This document shows, piece by piece, positions 10,922-24,425 of a stretch of 64,000 bases of DNA. The notes under the pieces were generated by a model. The model was given only the letters and a program-made list of their open reading frames with translations. It was not told the origin of the DNA and did no database searches. The stretch lies in the NCBI GenBank assembly GCA_040954595.2, contig CM082593.2:11173477-11237476 (forward strand). Reading direction: 5' to 3'. Made by a program: the position numbers and the translations under genes. Each line of letters opens with the position of its first letter. Position 1 is the first letter of the stretch. The stretch is from Balanoglossus misakiensis. Its lineage: Eukaryota > Animalia > Hemichordata.

Positions 10922-13900
10922 TCAATCAGTCACATAATCTTTGTATCGAGACGGCTTTTGTATATTTGTTCTAGTTCGTGTTGATCTCAACGATTCTTGG
11001 GCTGGTGACGCTGGCGTTGCGGGTTGTTGAGGCGGTGTTCCCTCTGTGACTGCTGGTGCAATATTGTGTTGATCCATCCCTGTCTGTGCTGGTTTCAGTT
11101 CTGCGCTGACTGGTTTCAGGTGGATCCTGTTGCGTCGCATTTGTTTCCCGTTGTCTAACTTCACGGTGTAGGACCTAGGTGTGTTTGCTGGGGCTACAAC
11201 TCTCGCTGGACTCCATGTTTTGCTGATTGGGTTTTGTACATGGACTTGTTGACCTGTCAGCAATTATGGTAGTTGTCTGGAGTGCTGGTCGTGGCTGGAA
11301 GTCTGGGCCTGCTGTTGAGATGTCAGGTATTGACGAACTTCCTCCCCGTTTCTTGCTGGGTGAATTTTGGCTGGGAGAGTTGTCTTGTATGCTCTGCTGT
11401 TCAGCAACTCAGCTGGTGATGGTATGTTGGACTTCAATGGAGTCGCGCGAAGTGCCAACAATGCTAGATTCGGATCATCTCCGGACTCTTTGCACTTCAT
11501 CAGGATGTTCTTCACGGTCTGTACATGTCGCTCGATAAAACCGTGCCCTTTGGGATAGTATGGTGATGATGTGACTATCGCAAAACCATACTTCTCAGTT
11601 AGGCTGTGGAAGTCTCTAGCTGTAAACTGAGATCCGTTGTCACAAACTAGTTTCTCGGGTATTCCTTGCTCTGCAAATAGAATTCGGAGGGCTCTCATAA
11701 TGGTACTGGCTCTGAGGTCTTCAAGTTTCCTAATGAAGGGGAACTTGGAGTAGTAGTCAGCAACTATCATGTACCATGTTTGGTTCACGTAGAATAGGTC
11801 TGCTCCAATTGTGTGCCACGGTCGTGGTGGAATTTCCATTGGAATCATCGGTTCCTTCTGCTGGGAATTCTGGAATTTCTGGCACGCGTTGCATCCTGTT
11901 ACTAGTCTCTCTATATCTTTACAAATTCCAGGCCAGTACACGCTGGATCTGGCTCTCAGCTTGCATTTCTCGATCCCCAGGTGACTGCTATGAATGCGTT
12001 GTAGCATTTCATCTCTCATTACTGCTGGTATGAGGAGTCGGCTGCCTATCAGGATAATACCATCTTCGATAGCGATATCGTCTCGAATAGACCAGTAGGG
12101 TCGAATATCAGCGTGAATGTCCTTGATGCTATCTGGCCATCCTTTCAGGACTTGCTGGATCAATAATTGAAGAATTTCATCTTTGGTAGTTTCTTCTTTG
12201 ATCTCCATCTGTCTCATTGGTGTGATCTTCACCAGGTGGTGTATCTGGACTTTCATGTCACTGATTTCGTTCTGATCTTGTGGTGACAGTCTAGATAGTG
12301 CGTCGGCAAGTATCATCTGTTTGCCTGGCTTGTAGTGTATGGTGAAATCATACGGCTGTATGCGCAACAGCATTCTCTGTAATCGGGGTGGTGCCTTGGT
12401 CAAATTCTTCCTCTGAATTTGCTCCAACGGTCGATGATCACTCTCTACTATGAAACTTCTGCCGTAGAGATATGTGCGAAACTTCTCACATCCGTAGACT
12501 ACCGCGAGTAGTTCTCTTTCTATATTGGCGTATCGGGTTTCCGCTGGTGTCAGGGCCTTGGACGCAAATGCTATAGGTCTCTGTTCCTGTATGAGCACCG
12601 CTCCGATTCCCTTTCCCGATGCGTCGACTTGTAGAGTGACAGGCTTCTTACGGTCGTAGTAAGCAAGTGTAGTCTTTGTGCTGATCAGGTCCTTGATCAT
12701 ATTGAAAGACTTTGTGTGTGTCGGAGACCACTCAAACTCAGTGTCGTCTCTGATGAACTCTCTCAGTGGTGCTGTGTGTTCAGCTAATCTGGGTATGAAT
12801 GAACCCATGTAGTTCACCATTCCGAGGAATGTGCGCAGTTCGGTCTTGTCTCTAGGCGGATGCATCATCTCTATCGCCTTGACCTTTTCTGGGTTGGGTT
12901 TAACTCCGTCTTCTGTGTATAACATGCCAAAGAAACTAGATTCTTTTGTCTTGATGTAGCATTTCTCTTTGTTCAGTTTAATGCCTGCTTTCCTGGTTCG
13001 TTCCATGGCTTCGTGTAGATGCAGGTCATGGTGTCGCTCTCCTGATCCTAAGACTTGTATATCGTCTGCAATGCCGACTGCACCTTCACACTCTCTGTAT
13101 GTTTCATCAATTTTGAATTGAAACACATCTTGGCTCATCCTTAGCCCAAATGGCATTCGTAGGAATCTGTAACGGCCATATGGTGTGTTAAAGGTCGTCA
13201 GGAAGGATGATTCTTCATCGATCTTTACATTCCAGTATCCGTTCCGCGCGTCTAGCTTGCTGAAAAGTGTTGCGCCTGCCAACTTTGGGGTAATCTCCTC
13301 CAATGTGGGTGTAGGGTAATGATCCCTTTTAATGGCTTTGTTCAAGTCCTTCGGGTCCAGACAAATGCGAAGTCTTCCATTGTCTTTCTCCCGGACAACA
13401 AGAGAATTGACCCAGTTCGTAGGCTGGTTCACTTTGGCGATGATTTGCTTATCTTCCATCTCCTGCAGCTCGGTTTTGAGTCTATCCATTAGTTCTAATG
13501 GAACTCTGCGGGCAGGGTGTACTACTGGTTGTACTTCTGGATCAAGAGTGATGTGGTATGTGTAGTTTTCAAAACATCCGACCACGTCGTCAAAGCAATC
13601 AGGGTACATCCTCAGCAACTGTTCTTTGTTCTTTATGGGAGGGCGGTCCCTGATGGGTGTATTACTGTCTATGTAGTCATCTGCAGGGTTTCTGTTTCTT
13701 CCTGCTGGCTTCTGTTCGTTCATCTTTCTCTTTTCCACTTCCACATTTCTTCCAGGCTGTGCTGTCTTGCACTCTGGGCTCGCCTGCACTTGTATGGCTT
13801 CTACTGAACAGTTTATTTGTATCAGGTTTAAGGCTCTGCTTGCCTTTAACCCTAAAATGGCTAGGCCTGCGGCGTCAGTTACATAGAAGAGGCATCTGAT

Positions 13901-14374
13901 TTTCCTCTCTCTATGTTCACATGGAATGACGATGGTGCCAAGCTGTTTGATTTTGGAACCTCCATATGCGGTAAGGATTGTTTTATTTTCCTTCAAGTGC
14001 CCGCGTTTTGGATTTCCGTGTTTATCCAGTTTCTCTGGAAATATGATCTTGAAAAGGCAGAGGGGCAGTATATTGCTCTGTGCACCGGTATCAATCTTGC
14101 ATCTCAGTGCTACTTTCCTTTTCTTTTTGCTCTATGTGATTGTCAGTTTCGTGTATATTTCTTCTTGTCTGTTGATGTTGTCCAATGCATTTATTTCGAT
14201 AGTTCCAACATCTAGGACTTCATCATCTATTTGATGCATGTTGCTGCTCGAGCGTGTCACATTATGGATTGGTTTTCCACCTCGTCTCTGACTTCGGTTC
14301 GCTTGAGCTGGTTTTGGAACGGCATACCGCCTGCCAGTGATTAGGTTTCCCACAATTTCGGCATTTCGAGCCAT
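10922..14374 (-). CDS. pol: pol (protease, RT, RNase H, integrase), interrupted by a TAG at 14132-14134 and a frameshift near 11264
   Basis: CKIDTGAQSNILP protease, LRICLDPKDLN / RMPFG / IADD RT, VDAS..ERELLA..SDHRPL RNase H, HLGIEKC..CNAC zinc finger and D..D..E integrase core. The C-terminal tail continues in ORF 10922..11263. Confidence 0.95.
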
Positions 14375-15065
14375 ATGCTGGGCAGTTACTTTTCACTGAG
14401 GTGTCATGCTTTTTTCCGAAATGCTTACATTGTTTGGGGTGTGTCTTGTTGGGCTGCCTTTTTACTGTGTTGACAGCTTTGCTATCCACAGGATTAGCAA
14501 TATGGCAATTTGTGAGCGTTTTCATGTGTTTTGTTGTGGCTTCGTGACCTCTAGCTATATCGAGCGCCTCCTTCAAGGTCAGTTTCTCATCACGCCCAAT
14601 AAGTTTCTTCTGTATTTCTTGGTGACAGATCCCCCATATCAACTGATCTACGAGTCTTGCTTCCTGTTCTTTTGTATCCCCAAATTTGCATTTGACGGCT
14701 TCATTTTTCAATTTCGAAAAGAAATCATCAACTGGTTCTCCAGGGTCTTGTCTCATATCTTGGAATTGGTATCTATGTATGCGATGATTCGACTTCGGCT
14801 CTAAGTGTTCGGAAAATTTGTCGAATAGTACTGTGGGGTCTTTCCGCTGGTCTTCATTTTCAAACGACCAACTGTTGTATTTGTCAAGACCTGGTTCACC
14901 GGACCATAGAAGTATGTAGCTAGCTTTCTCTTCATTAGCATCTTTAAGTGCTGTCTTAAATGTTAACTCACATTTTTGATGAAAACGACTGAAGGCTATT
15001 GCTAGATCTGGCGCGTCCCATTCCATCTTTGGGGCTGTGAAGGGCGTTTGTAGTGCGGCCGCCAT
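14262..15065 (-). CDS. gag: gag with zinc knuckles
   Basis: Mag-type gag; intact CRNCGKPNHWQAVC knuckle and a degenerate first knuckle (CKHFGKKH). Confidence 0.9.
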   Translation of the reverse strand: MAAALQTPFTAPKMEWDAPDLAIAFSRFHQKCELTFKTALKDANEEKASYILLWSGEPGLDKYNSWSFENEDQRKDPTVLFDKFSEHLEPKSNHRIHRYQFQDMRQDPGEPVDDFFSKLKNEAVKCKFGDTKEQEARLVDQLIWGICHQEIQKKLIGRDEKLTLKEALDIARGHEATTKHMKTLTNCHIANPVDSKAVNTVKRQPNKTHPKQCKHFGKKHDTSVKSNCPAYGSKCRNCGKPNHWQAVCRSKTSSSEPKSETRWKTNP

Positions 15066-15161
15066 CTTGTCAGGTCAGTTCGATGGTCTTTTCTTCTGTA
15101 GTTTTGGTGTCTTGTGTAGTCGATACTGTGTAAAGTCTGCTTACATCTGATCACTCACGTT

Positions 15162-15175
15162 CACCGCTGCCACCA
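15162..15175 (-). promoter_or_regulatory. Primer-binding site, tRNA-Leu type
   Basis: TGGTGGCAGCGGTG immediately inside the 5' LTR, complementary to the ...CACCGCTGCCACCA 3' end of tRNA-Leu. Confidence 0.85.
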
Positions 15176-15379
15176 TGTTATGTTTCCATCAACATGGGAA
15201 TAATAATGCGATCATAAGGTATAACAACAACCTATTTATTGATCGGCTGAAAAGACTCAACAATGTGCTTCGCCTTATCTGGGCGGAAGTGACGTCGTAC
15301 AGCAATTCATAAACAAGTGGAACACCAACAATGCAACACTAGAGGGCGCTATATTGATCGTAGCTGTCAGAATACTACA
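15176..15379 (-). repeat. 5' LTR (204 bp)
   Basis: Identical to 10499-10702. Confidence 0.95.
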
Positions 15380-18182
15380 CCCCCCCCCCCCCGCATGTTT
15401 AAAGGTTTCTATAGAAAAGCATTGTTGAGGTTCACAAAACTTTGAAGAAGCTTTGCAACACTAACTTTGGCCAAAGATTTGAATGTTAAGGTTTCACAAA
15501 CGGAGTTACAGCTGAGGTTCAACTAAGACTAGTATAAGAGGCTTCAGCACGCCAAGTCTTGTAGCAAGCTTCAACACAAAGCTTTTTGCAACATTGTTCA
15601 AAGCGTTGTCAAAGGTACTGCACAACCCTGGTGAAGTAGTGCTATATTTTCAATTAAATGGCTTAAGCCATTTGTCTCTCCAACCAGAATTGCACCAGAG
15701 TTAAATACACACAGCTTGAAATTGTAAAATGTTGCAAAATCAAACGATCACATCCTTACACCTATTATTAGAACCAGAAGTTGAGTCAAAATTTTCCTAC
15801 CTAGAAATTTTCTTTCCTATGAAGTTTTTTGCTTATTGGCATTCATATGGGAGCCTAGACCTATTCCAGCTGAGTTGCCAAAATGGCAATGTTGGACAAT
15901 TCTTCTAATATGCATGATCAAAAATGGCCGCCAAATACCTTCTCTAAAATAAAACTTGGCCCTTTTTTCTCAAAATTATGTGTAATATCTAAAATTTCAG
16001 GATTTGCATCCATATTGGTTATGTATTGCAAATATGGCAGTGTTTGGCAACTTTTCTATTTTGCATAATCAAAAATGGCCGCCAATCACCACTAAAAGTG
16101 AAATTTTGCCATGTTTCCCAAAATGATGCGCAATATCGTATTTTCAGGATTAGCACATTCATATGGGTACCTTTAACAATACAACTGTGTTGCAAATTTG
16201 GCAGTGTTACCGTACTAATCATGAAGCAAGGAAGTGCAAACTCTGTATCCCAAATATATGTCTATCCCCACTGATAGGAGTCACAAAGAGCCAGCCCCTC
16301 TGCATCATCCTGTTCCTCAATCTCACGATGGGAATCCTTTTCAGAATTCCGACCTCAAAACATCCAGGGATTCACCATCATTCACCACACCCTCGTCAGT
16401 ATCCACCATGTTTAGATCCAATGCCTGAACATGTTGTCTCTTTATCTATGGATTGCGTTAAAGGCCAGTGGGAGTTTCATCTCCTTTTTTTGCAATTTTG
16501 ACCATTTTTATCTGGTGCATAATGCTAGAGTACATATCATCCATACAGGATGATGCATGTACAGTGATGGGAAATGTATCAATCCACTCCTGCACTAGAT
16601 TTGCATACAGTGCCATACCTTTTAGGGCTATTTTCTTGACCCTTTTGATAGTCTGCTGGCCAAAAGTGGCTGGCCAAAGTGGCCAGCAGAGACATTCTTC
16701 CAATACCCTTCATAGTGCCAACAGACAAGGCTTGGATATACAACCTGTGTTGCTTGTAAGGCACACATCTCCAATTGGTACATTGGGCCAATTATACTGT
16801 ACATGTACAGCTAGGAAAAAAATATACTTCATCATAGTTTCCATGGTCAGCAGCTTCAATAACTTGTTGCCTTTTCTTACTGAACATTTAGACTTATAAA
16901 GAAGTATAACAAGAATAAAGTTGTCCAATTAGTGTTGGCAGGGGGGTGGGGGATGTGTTCTCCCATACAAAGGTGTATAGGTATGTAGTCTTTAAGAAAA
17001 ACTTGGGGTAAATGACCAGAAAATTTGACTTATAATACAAATAGGTCGGGTTTTGGGCATTTACACGTGTTGATGTTATCGACTGGGGCGACAGACTACC
17101 ATCCGAAAAAATTTCAAGTACCCCCCCCCCCCCTCGGGTGCCGGCCAGTGGGATGGAGGTGATAGAAACTGTTGCAGATACAATAGAGGCCTACAACCTG
17201 AAAACCTTCTGGCTTTAACCGAGGACTTGCCATTAAAGATACCTGTAGGCCCCTATATGCTGCTCCCACATACACTCCCAGTCCTAAACCTTGCATCTGA
17301 TTTGTGGTGCAGATGAATAATTAAGATTGGCTTGACAATTAGCACACTTAATTGCCTGTTATGAGATATAATACATACAATCATGGGACAAGAATGGCAA
17401 AAGTTAAATTATCCAGCAGGTGTTTGAATTATGCAACTTAGAGCAGTTGTCTAATATTGCCATGTCAACCATGTTGAAATTTTTTTAGGTACCCATATTA
17501 ATGGAAACCCTGCAAATTCGATATTACACACCATTTAAAACAAATATGGGAAATTAACATGTTAGAGAAATTTGGCGGCCATTTTGGATTATGCAAATTA
17601 GAACAGTTGTCTAATATTGCCATGTCAACCATTTTGAAATTGTTTTAGGTACCCAGGAGAGTTGAATGAAAATGCCATTTGCAATGCAGTTGTCTTGTAT
17701 TGGGTGCCCATATTAAGGCATTCTTGAAAACGAAACATTATTCATCATTTTGACGCAAACAGAAAAGGTGTTCAAATGTAAATTAGAAGAGTTGCCCAAC
17801 CCTGCCATATTTGCAATACAGTTGTAGTGACTGTCAACTCGACTACAGACAGTCTCGATGAACACAAGACATGATCCCAATTTGCAAGCTGAGTTGAAAC
17901 TGACTGCTGCAGTAACTTAGCTGTGGGAATGTCTTGTGTGATTTAAAACAATGATGACCAAATTTAACACAGTTTCTCTGAGGTAACCATTTAGCTTTCG
18001 TGACTAAGTTTGTTTAAGAATCCTTTATTCTACCCAAGGAACAAATTTCCTTAGAATTTCACAACTGAGACACAGTTTACAGATATACAAAAAGTGCGTA
18101 CTACAAACATAAGAAATTGTTTGCATTTTTTTTCTGATGGCAATGCATTTGACTGTAAACAGACATTGACGTCCTTTAGTAA

Positions 18183-19009
18183 GGGACTGTTCAGTTTTGG
18201 TGGAGGGGGGGGGGCAAAAATTTGTGTCATTGGTTTTCAAAATCAGGCCGACACCCCCTTCAACCAGGACCAAAAAAATGATGACCCCCCCCCCCCCCCT
18301 TTGACAGGACCAAAATATGATGACCCTCCTCCCACCCCGAAAACATTTGCCATCCTTATCTTATGTACACTGACTGTATGCAATAAAGGTAAAGGGTCTC
18401 CTCACACCTCAATTCTAAATTTCTTAAAGAAATTTATAATTTGAAGTGTATAATTATATAGCGTTGCAATAAAGAAGGTCTATGGATAAATTAAAAGGAC
18501 ACGTTAATACAATAGTTGGTAGAATTGGTAAAACAAGAAAAGTGGAAGGGGTGGGTGTACGTAGGACAATTTTGTAAAATACAATTAATGCATTTTAATG
18601 AACTCAAAGGCAAATTAACTTAATGTTGGGGAGGACAAATTTCACTTTTGCCACTCAAAGTTAACATCAGTGGGGGTGGGATGCCAAGTATTCTGCCCTG
18701 GTACACTATATGTGGCGAAGAAATAAGGGGATGGGTGTGGGAGGGGATGTCCCCCTTCCACATAAGAAAACTTTGTAAAATATGTAGCTCAAAGTTGCAT
18801 TTTAATGAAGTCAAAAGCAAATTATCTCAATGTTTGAAAGGACCAATTTTACTGTTGCTACTCCACTCAAAGTTAGCATCGGTGGGTACATGTATATGAC
18901 CTCCCCCTAAACGTTTGAAAAAAAGATGACTCCCTCTTTTGGATTTCAAAATTTAAGTGACCCCCTGGATTTTGCCAGCCTCCCCCCACCGTAAAAACTG
19001 AATGGTCCC
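18183..19009. mobile_element. PIF/Harbinger-like MITE, present only in the left arm
   Basis: TIRs GGGACTGTTCAGTTTT / AAAACTGAATGGTCCC, with TAA duplicated at 18180-18182 and 19010-19012. Absent from the homologous site near 42505. Confidence 0.8.
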
Positions 19010-22000
19010 TAAGCGCTATTTTGTCAGTGAAATGGCTCCAATGTTATCCCTCCAACTATAGTTGAAACGGAGTTAAATATGTACAGCTTGAAATCATAAA
19101 ATGTTGCAAAATTGAACCAAGAGTTTGGTCAATGATCAAGTTCTTACAGCTATTACTAGAACCATACAGTCTCAGCGAACAAGAGACATTGGTCCGATTT
19201 GCAAGCCGAGTTGGAACTGACTTTGCCTGCACACAGATGTGCCAATTTCAGCGAATCTTATCGTATTTAAAAATGAATATGGAGAATTGTTATCTGTGTT
19301 CCTATTGCTAGCCTACATACCGGTACATGTAGCTGTTGTCATTCTAGTGTTTTTTTCTGTATACCAAAATTGCCACACTGTTTGGGATACTTTTATCAAA
19401 TGTTATGTGATACTATATCAGCCTGTTTTGGGGATCTTGACAATGACATATATTAGACTTTTCATACACAGCATGAGGTAGAATTTCAGAAACGATTAGG
19501 TAATAAGACTGCATATCTCATAGGAAATAATCACTTTAGAAGTATTACGATAAAAAAAATCATTTCACTCTTATTGGGAGCATACATTTGTAAAACATAC
19601 ATACAGACATGAATACAGACATAGAGAGATCAAGGTGTATACGATTTTCAGTGGGGGAGGGGGTCCTCCTTAATTGCAAACAACTATGTAATGGTAATTT
19701 CCCTTTTATAATAACAATTTTTGAGGTATAAGGAAAAAATATCAAACAAAATAAACAAAAAAACTAATTCAGCTATGATTTGATTCAATTATCATTCTAA
19801 AGAAGCACATATCATTAACTCACAACTAAACTTTTAAAGTGATCAACCATGCACTTTCTGAGAATTTTTTTTATGCCCCCAAAATACAATTTTTTCATTT
19901 TCAGAACATTTATGATATATCACAGTAAAAAAATCCCCTGGAAACTGCAAAACAAAAAATTGCAAAGCAATCAAACAAAAATGGCAAAAACTGTCAACAA
20001 AAACTATATTGACACTTCCATCATAGGATTTGTTAAAATGTCGTGATAACACACCTAGGAACCTGCAAACCAAATTTCAAAGAACTGTGAGTAGAGGTTT
20101 TTGAGTATTTGACCAAAATCACCCCAAAAATATACTTCAAACCAGATATTAACTGAATATGCTCACGTGCAGTACTGTGATTGGTTGACAGAATAACAAG
20201 ATTAGAAAAACCAGTGTTAAACCAATTTGGTTTATAGTGTATATGGTGTAAGGGTTGTGTGTTGCACCATTGTGAAATGTAAACATGTTTGTGGAATTGT
20301 TGCCTTGTCAATTTTTGTGAGGGGTTATGAGTCATGTACCCCATCCTGAACTGCATAAAAAGATAAGTCTATGGAATTCTAAAACTCGTTGATCAAAAAT
20401 GGCAAGAAATATACCAAAAAGTATGAATATTTCACCAGATTTCAACAAATCTGATTTCTGTTCATGCCTAAGAACCTCTTTAACAAGTTTCAATAAGGAA
20501 GACATTTTGGCAAACAACAGGTAATTCAGACAAATCTGACTGATATCACATATATGATTTCCCATTCAAAGTTTCCAATCAATTGGACTTGTGGTTTTAC
20601 TGAAGACTATTTGGCCAAACCCTGCAGAATTCCCAAAAAATACAATTATGCAAATTTCTTTACAATTTGATCATATTTGACTGAGATCACCCCTAGAAAC
20701 CCAAATACAAAGTATCAAAACAATTGCACTTACAGTTTCACGGGATTTGATTTTTTGACAAAAACAGGAAATATTGCCCAAAAATGCATTTTTGCAAATT
20801 TCACCACCGTTTGCACAAATGTGATTCAGGTAAGCCCTATGAACCTCCATACCAAGTTTCCAATCAATGTAATTTCAGAGAAGAATTTTTTTTAACAAAA
20901 CTGCAGAAAATTCCCCCAAAAATTCATAAAAAATAGCAAACGCCAGATACTGTCTCCACCTGAACAAAATCATACGAGGTCTTCCCATAGTACTTGCACA
21001 CCAATGCACGCCAATTTTTAACTGAATCTGATCCGCTGTTATTAAGTTTTTCAATTTTGACTACTTGAACATTTTTCCAGTTAATACCAGTATGCATTTT
21101 TTCGCAATAACAATTTATATGTACACACTAAATATCAGTAGTTTCAAGTTTTTGATGTTGATGGACATACACATACATACATCAATACATTTAGACGAAA
21201 CTGATCCATTCGCAAAATACATAATTCTGTATGAGGCACACATACAGACATACATAGACGACGGACACCAACTTATGCTATAAGCTGACATTGATATACA
21301 TGTTAGCCAAAAACCAAAATCAACCTCAAAATAGACATTAAAATATATTGCACCACCATGAGAAGACAAATTCATTTTTCGACAAATTTTCTGGGGCGTC
21401 ATTGATATACCAAGCATATTGTCAAAGTACGTAGTCTCTGTGATAAGATTCCATACACACAAAATGGTAACCTTGGAAGTCCAGCTGACGTAGTTATGCA
21501 ATGGCGTCTCGTGTATTCCGTCACCAAAAAATCATCGTAAAATTGATAGTCGGGGTCACAATTCAAGACGACTTTCTCTAAATTCTTTATGAATGGATTA
21601 AATCGAAATCGAAATGTTGACGTATGACGTACGGAATGAGATCTGAACAGACATTCAATGTTATCATTCTCGCTCGATCACATATTGGGTAAGCCATCTA
21701 GCAATCGCTATATAGTATTGGCGATAACAGACTGTCTATAAACTCACAAAACGGATTTTACTGTTGAGTGTGATCAACCGCCACGTTATTTTTCTCTGAA
21801 CAATAGACAAATAGAAAGCCTGGTGACATTTTGAGATTGACTGCGTGAGGACCACAATATGCGTGAATCATTTACGGTTTGTCTTGATGAATGGGTCACG
21901 TCATAGTCATAACGCGGATTCGGCTGCACGCCAACTATCCGCCATATTGTCTCCACTAACTTACTCGTAAGTAGTTTCAAACTTCATTTGAAAAGAGTAT

Positions 22001-22227
22001 TCGTCTGACGGTCCTGTAGATTAACAATTTACGCTCTATGAAGCAACTAAACAACGTTAGCTTCCTTGTGGATTCACGTAGGGAAGTTATTCGTAACGAC
22101 GGGTACAGCATCTGAGCATGGACAGAACCACGGCAATATCGCCAGGAATGTCTCATTTCACAGCGCCCTCAAACTGTCGATCTCCTCAAACTATCGTTTC
22201 CACTGGTCATATATGCGGCATTAACGA

Positions 22228-22487
22228 AAGCTCACATAGACAATCATGTAATAGAAAAATTAAAACTTAAATAACTTCATTAATATCAAAGCCACACGCA
22301 CCAAAACCTTTTCAGTTCTTGCCATATGATATCTGAACCTGTGTACTAAATTTGGTTGAAATCGGTTCAGCGGTTCTTTAGATATCGGGTATACAGACAG
22401 ACACACACACACATACATACATACACACACACACACACAGACATCGCTAAACCATAAGCTCACGTGATTTTCACGTGAGCTAAAAAT
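22228..22487 (-). mobile_element. Helentron-associated (HINE/DINE-like) non-autonomous element end
   Basis: Terminal hairpin agctcacgtga-ttt-tcacgtgagct next to a T run on the minus strand, a (GT/GTCT)n microsatellite and an accgatttcaaccaaattt core. Related microsatellite-bearing pieces lie at ~21150-21290, 25900-26000 and 36360-36560. Confidence 0.6.
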
Positions 22488-23249
22488 GAAAAAAAAGCCA
22501 TGAGGTCTCAAAATGAATACACACCAATTTCTAAAGCAATTTGACCAATTTCCACCAATTTCACATTGGTCCCAGTGGTAGATAGACATATACGAAATGG
22601 GAACCAAAGAATAAAACACATTTCAAAGATTTAACACATCTTTTTCCTCAAGAGTGTTTTTCAAATCTTCTCCACATCCTTCAAAATCGCCACCATAAAG
22701 CCATATTACTTGTAGTGCTTATGTTTGTCATATCTAGGTGATGCATACCACTATAGATGTGTACCCTTTGTATAGAGGCAGATTAAACAGGTGTGGTACC
22801 TGTTAAATATCTGACTTCTTTAAATTACAGCCACAATCGTCAGTCAACAAGATGTTCATGTAGATGTATACCTAGCAGTAAGCTTATTTAGATTGACAAA
22901 TCTTAGATGAAAATAATGAAAAAGTGGCACAACCCTTAGGGCTTTAACTAGCAGCTTTATGCCAGATGAGTTCGAGTCTAACGATGTAATGTTGACATTA
23001 AGGTTTCATTGAAATAACTTGGGAACCTCTCTACTATTTGAAGCACCAAAGCTGTGAAAAACTTCCTTCTTTCCCTGAGTTTTTTATGAATATGTTCTAA
23101 TCTGGGACAACAATTTGTTGCCAAGTGTCTTGACCCCTTTACCAAATGTCAGGGACCGGATTTTTTTCAGCAAAATTTCAAATAACCTTGGCTGATTTTT
23201 TACCTACTTTCACATATTGGGTAGCATGAAACAAAGTATGGCTTCCAGA

Positions 23250-24425
23250 AGGGTTATAGATACAGTGTTTTGTAATAACAAGAATTAACATGAAACTATA
23301 ATTTCATGGTTAATTTAGGACCGCCTTAATCTATGGTAATGTCATTAAATATTTGCATATCTAATTGTAGGCTATCCAGTGGAGGGAGAAACCTAAACAT
23401 GGACAACATTGGGGTCAAAATTGTTTGACAGAACTTTGGGTGACTTTGGGTAAACCTTGACCAACATTACTATATCTTGGCATCCAGAGCAGATGCAACC
23501 TTGACACTTGGAGTGATGGAAATGCATAATGGAGTATTATGTCTCAGCTAGTCACAGTGCTTTTGCTGTGTTTTATGTCTTTTATTCAGCCAAATTAGAT
23601 GTTTTTTATTACACATTGGCTGTGTTTGCCAGTACTTTTTAGCTGGTCACACTGCCTTAAGACAATGTATTCTCAAAATACCATGCAATCATTATGAAGC
23701 ATATACAGCAGACAAAGTTATGGTATGACTGAACTTGCCCTTCTTTGTGACTAAAGCATGACCGGCCTGTCTTAGGTGGCCCCTACCTAGGGGCTTTACC
23801 CGTCATTGGCTCACAGTCTGAGAAATCAGCTCTGCAGGGAAGTTAACGATGTAACCCACCATTAAAGCTTGGATTTCCGCTTTTTGTATCTGATGCCTGG
23901 CTGAGGCCTTCTTAGGATCTACCCAACGCTGAGTAGGCTATCCCGTCATTGGCACACAGTCTCAGGGAGGGAGTCCAAAGTTCAGTATACCAGCAAAGCC
24001 TTTATATTGTCCATTCTTTTTAAGAGAAGGCTGGCTGCTGTAGAAAAATGTTGATCTCAAATGTATCATGTCCAAAAAAAGGCAGACTTCCAGCCCTATT
24101 GGTTAGGCTGGCATTAGGTATGTACATAATTAATGAGGCAAGACATAATATTCCATTACATAGTTCCATAACTCCAAGTGTCAAGGATGTATCTGTGCCG
24201 GATGCCAAGATATAGGAATGTAGGTCAAAGTTTACCCAAGATCACCCAAAAGTTTGTCAAAAGATTTTGACCCCAGAGTTGTCCATGTCCAGGTTACCAC
24301 ATCCACTAGAATAAGATATGCACATATTTAATGAGGTTACCATAGCTCAAGGGGGTCTTTAATTAACCATCAACATTTAGTTTCATGTTAATGCATGTTA
24401 ATATAATACACTGTATCTATAACCC
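23250..24425. repeat. ~300-bp inverted repeats (23250-23545 / 24140-24425) boxing the conserved terminal exon; equivalent pair at 39465-39760 / 40350-40648
   Basis: Reverse-complement match from gggttatagatacagtg to agtattatgtct. The same repeat family occurs at 62900-63300. Confidence 0.85.

Larger units (their letters stand above)
10499..15379 (-). mobile_element. Full-length Gypsy (Mag-like) LTR retrotransposon
   Basis: Two 204-bp TG..CA LTRs, PBS, PPT and gag-protease-RT-RNaseH-integrase order; inserted in a poly-C run (C-run on both sides serves as the TSD). Confidence 0.97.

Noticed and set aside
11227-14804. Plus-strand ORFs inside the Gypsy element
   Set aside because: Antisense shadows of gag/pol.
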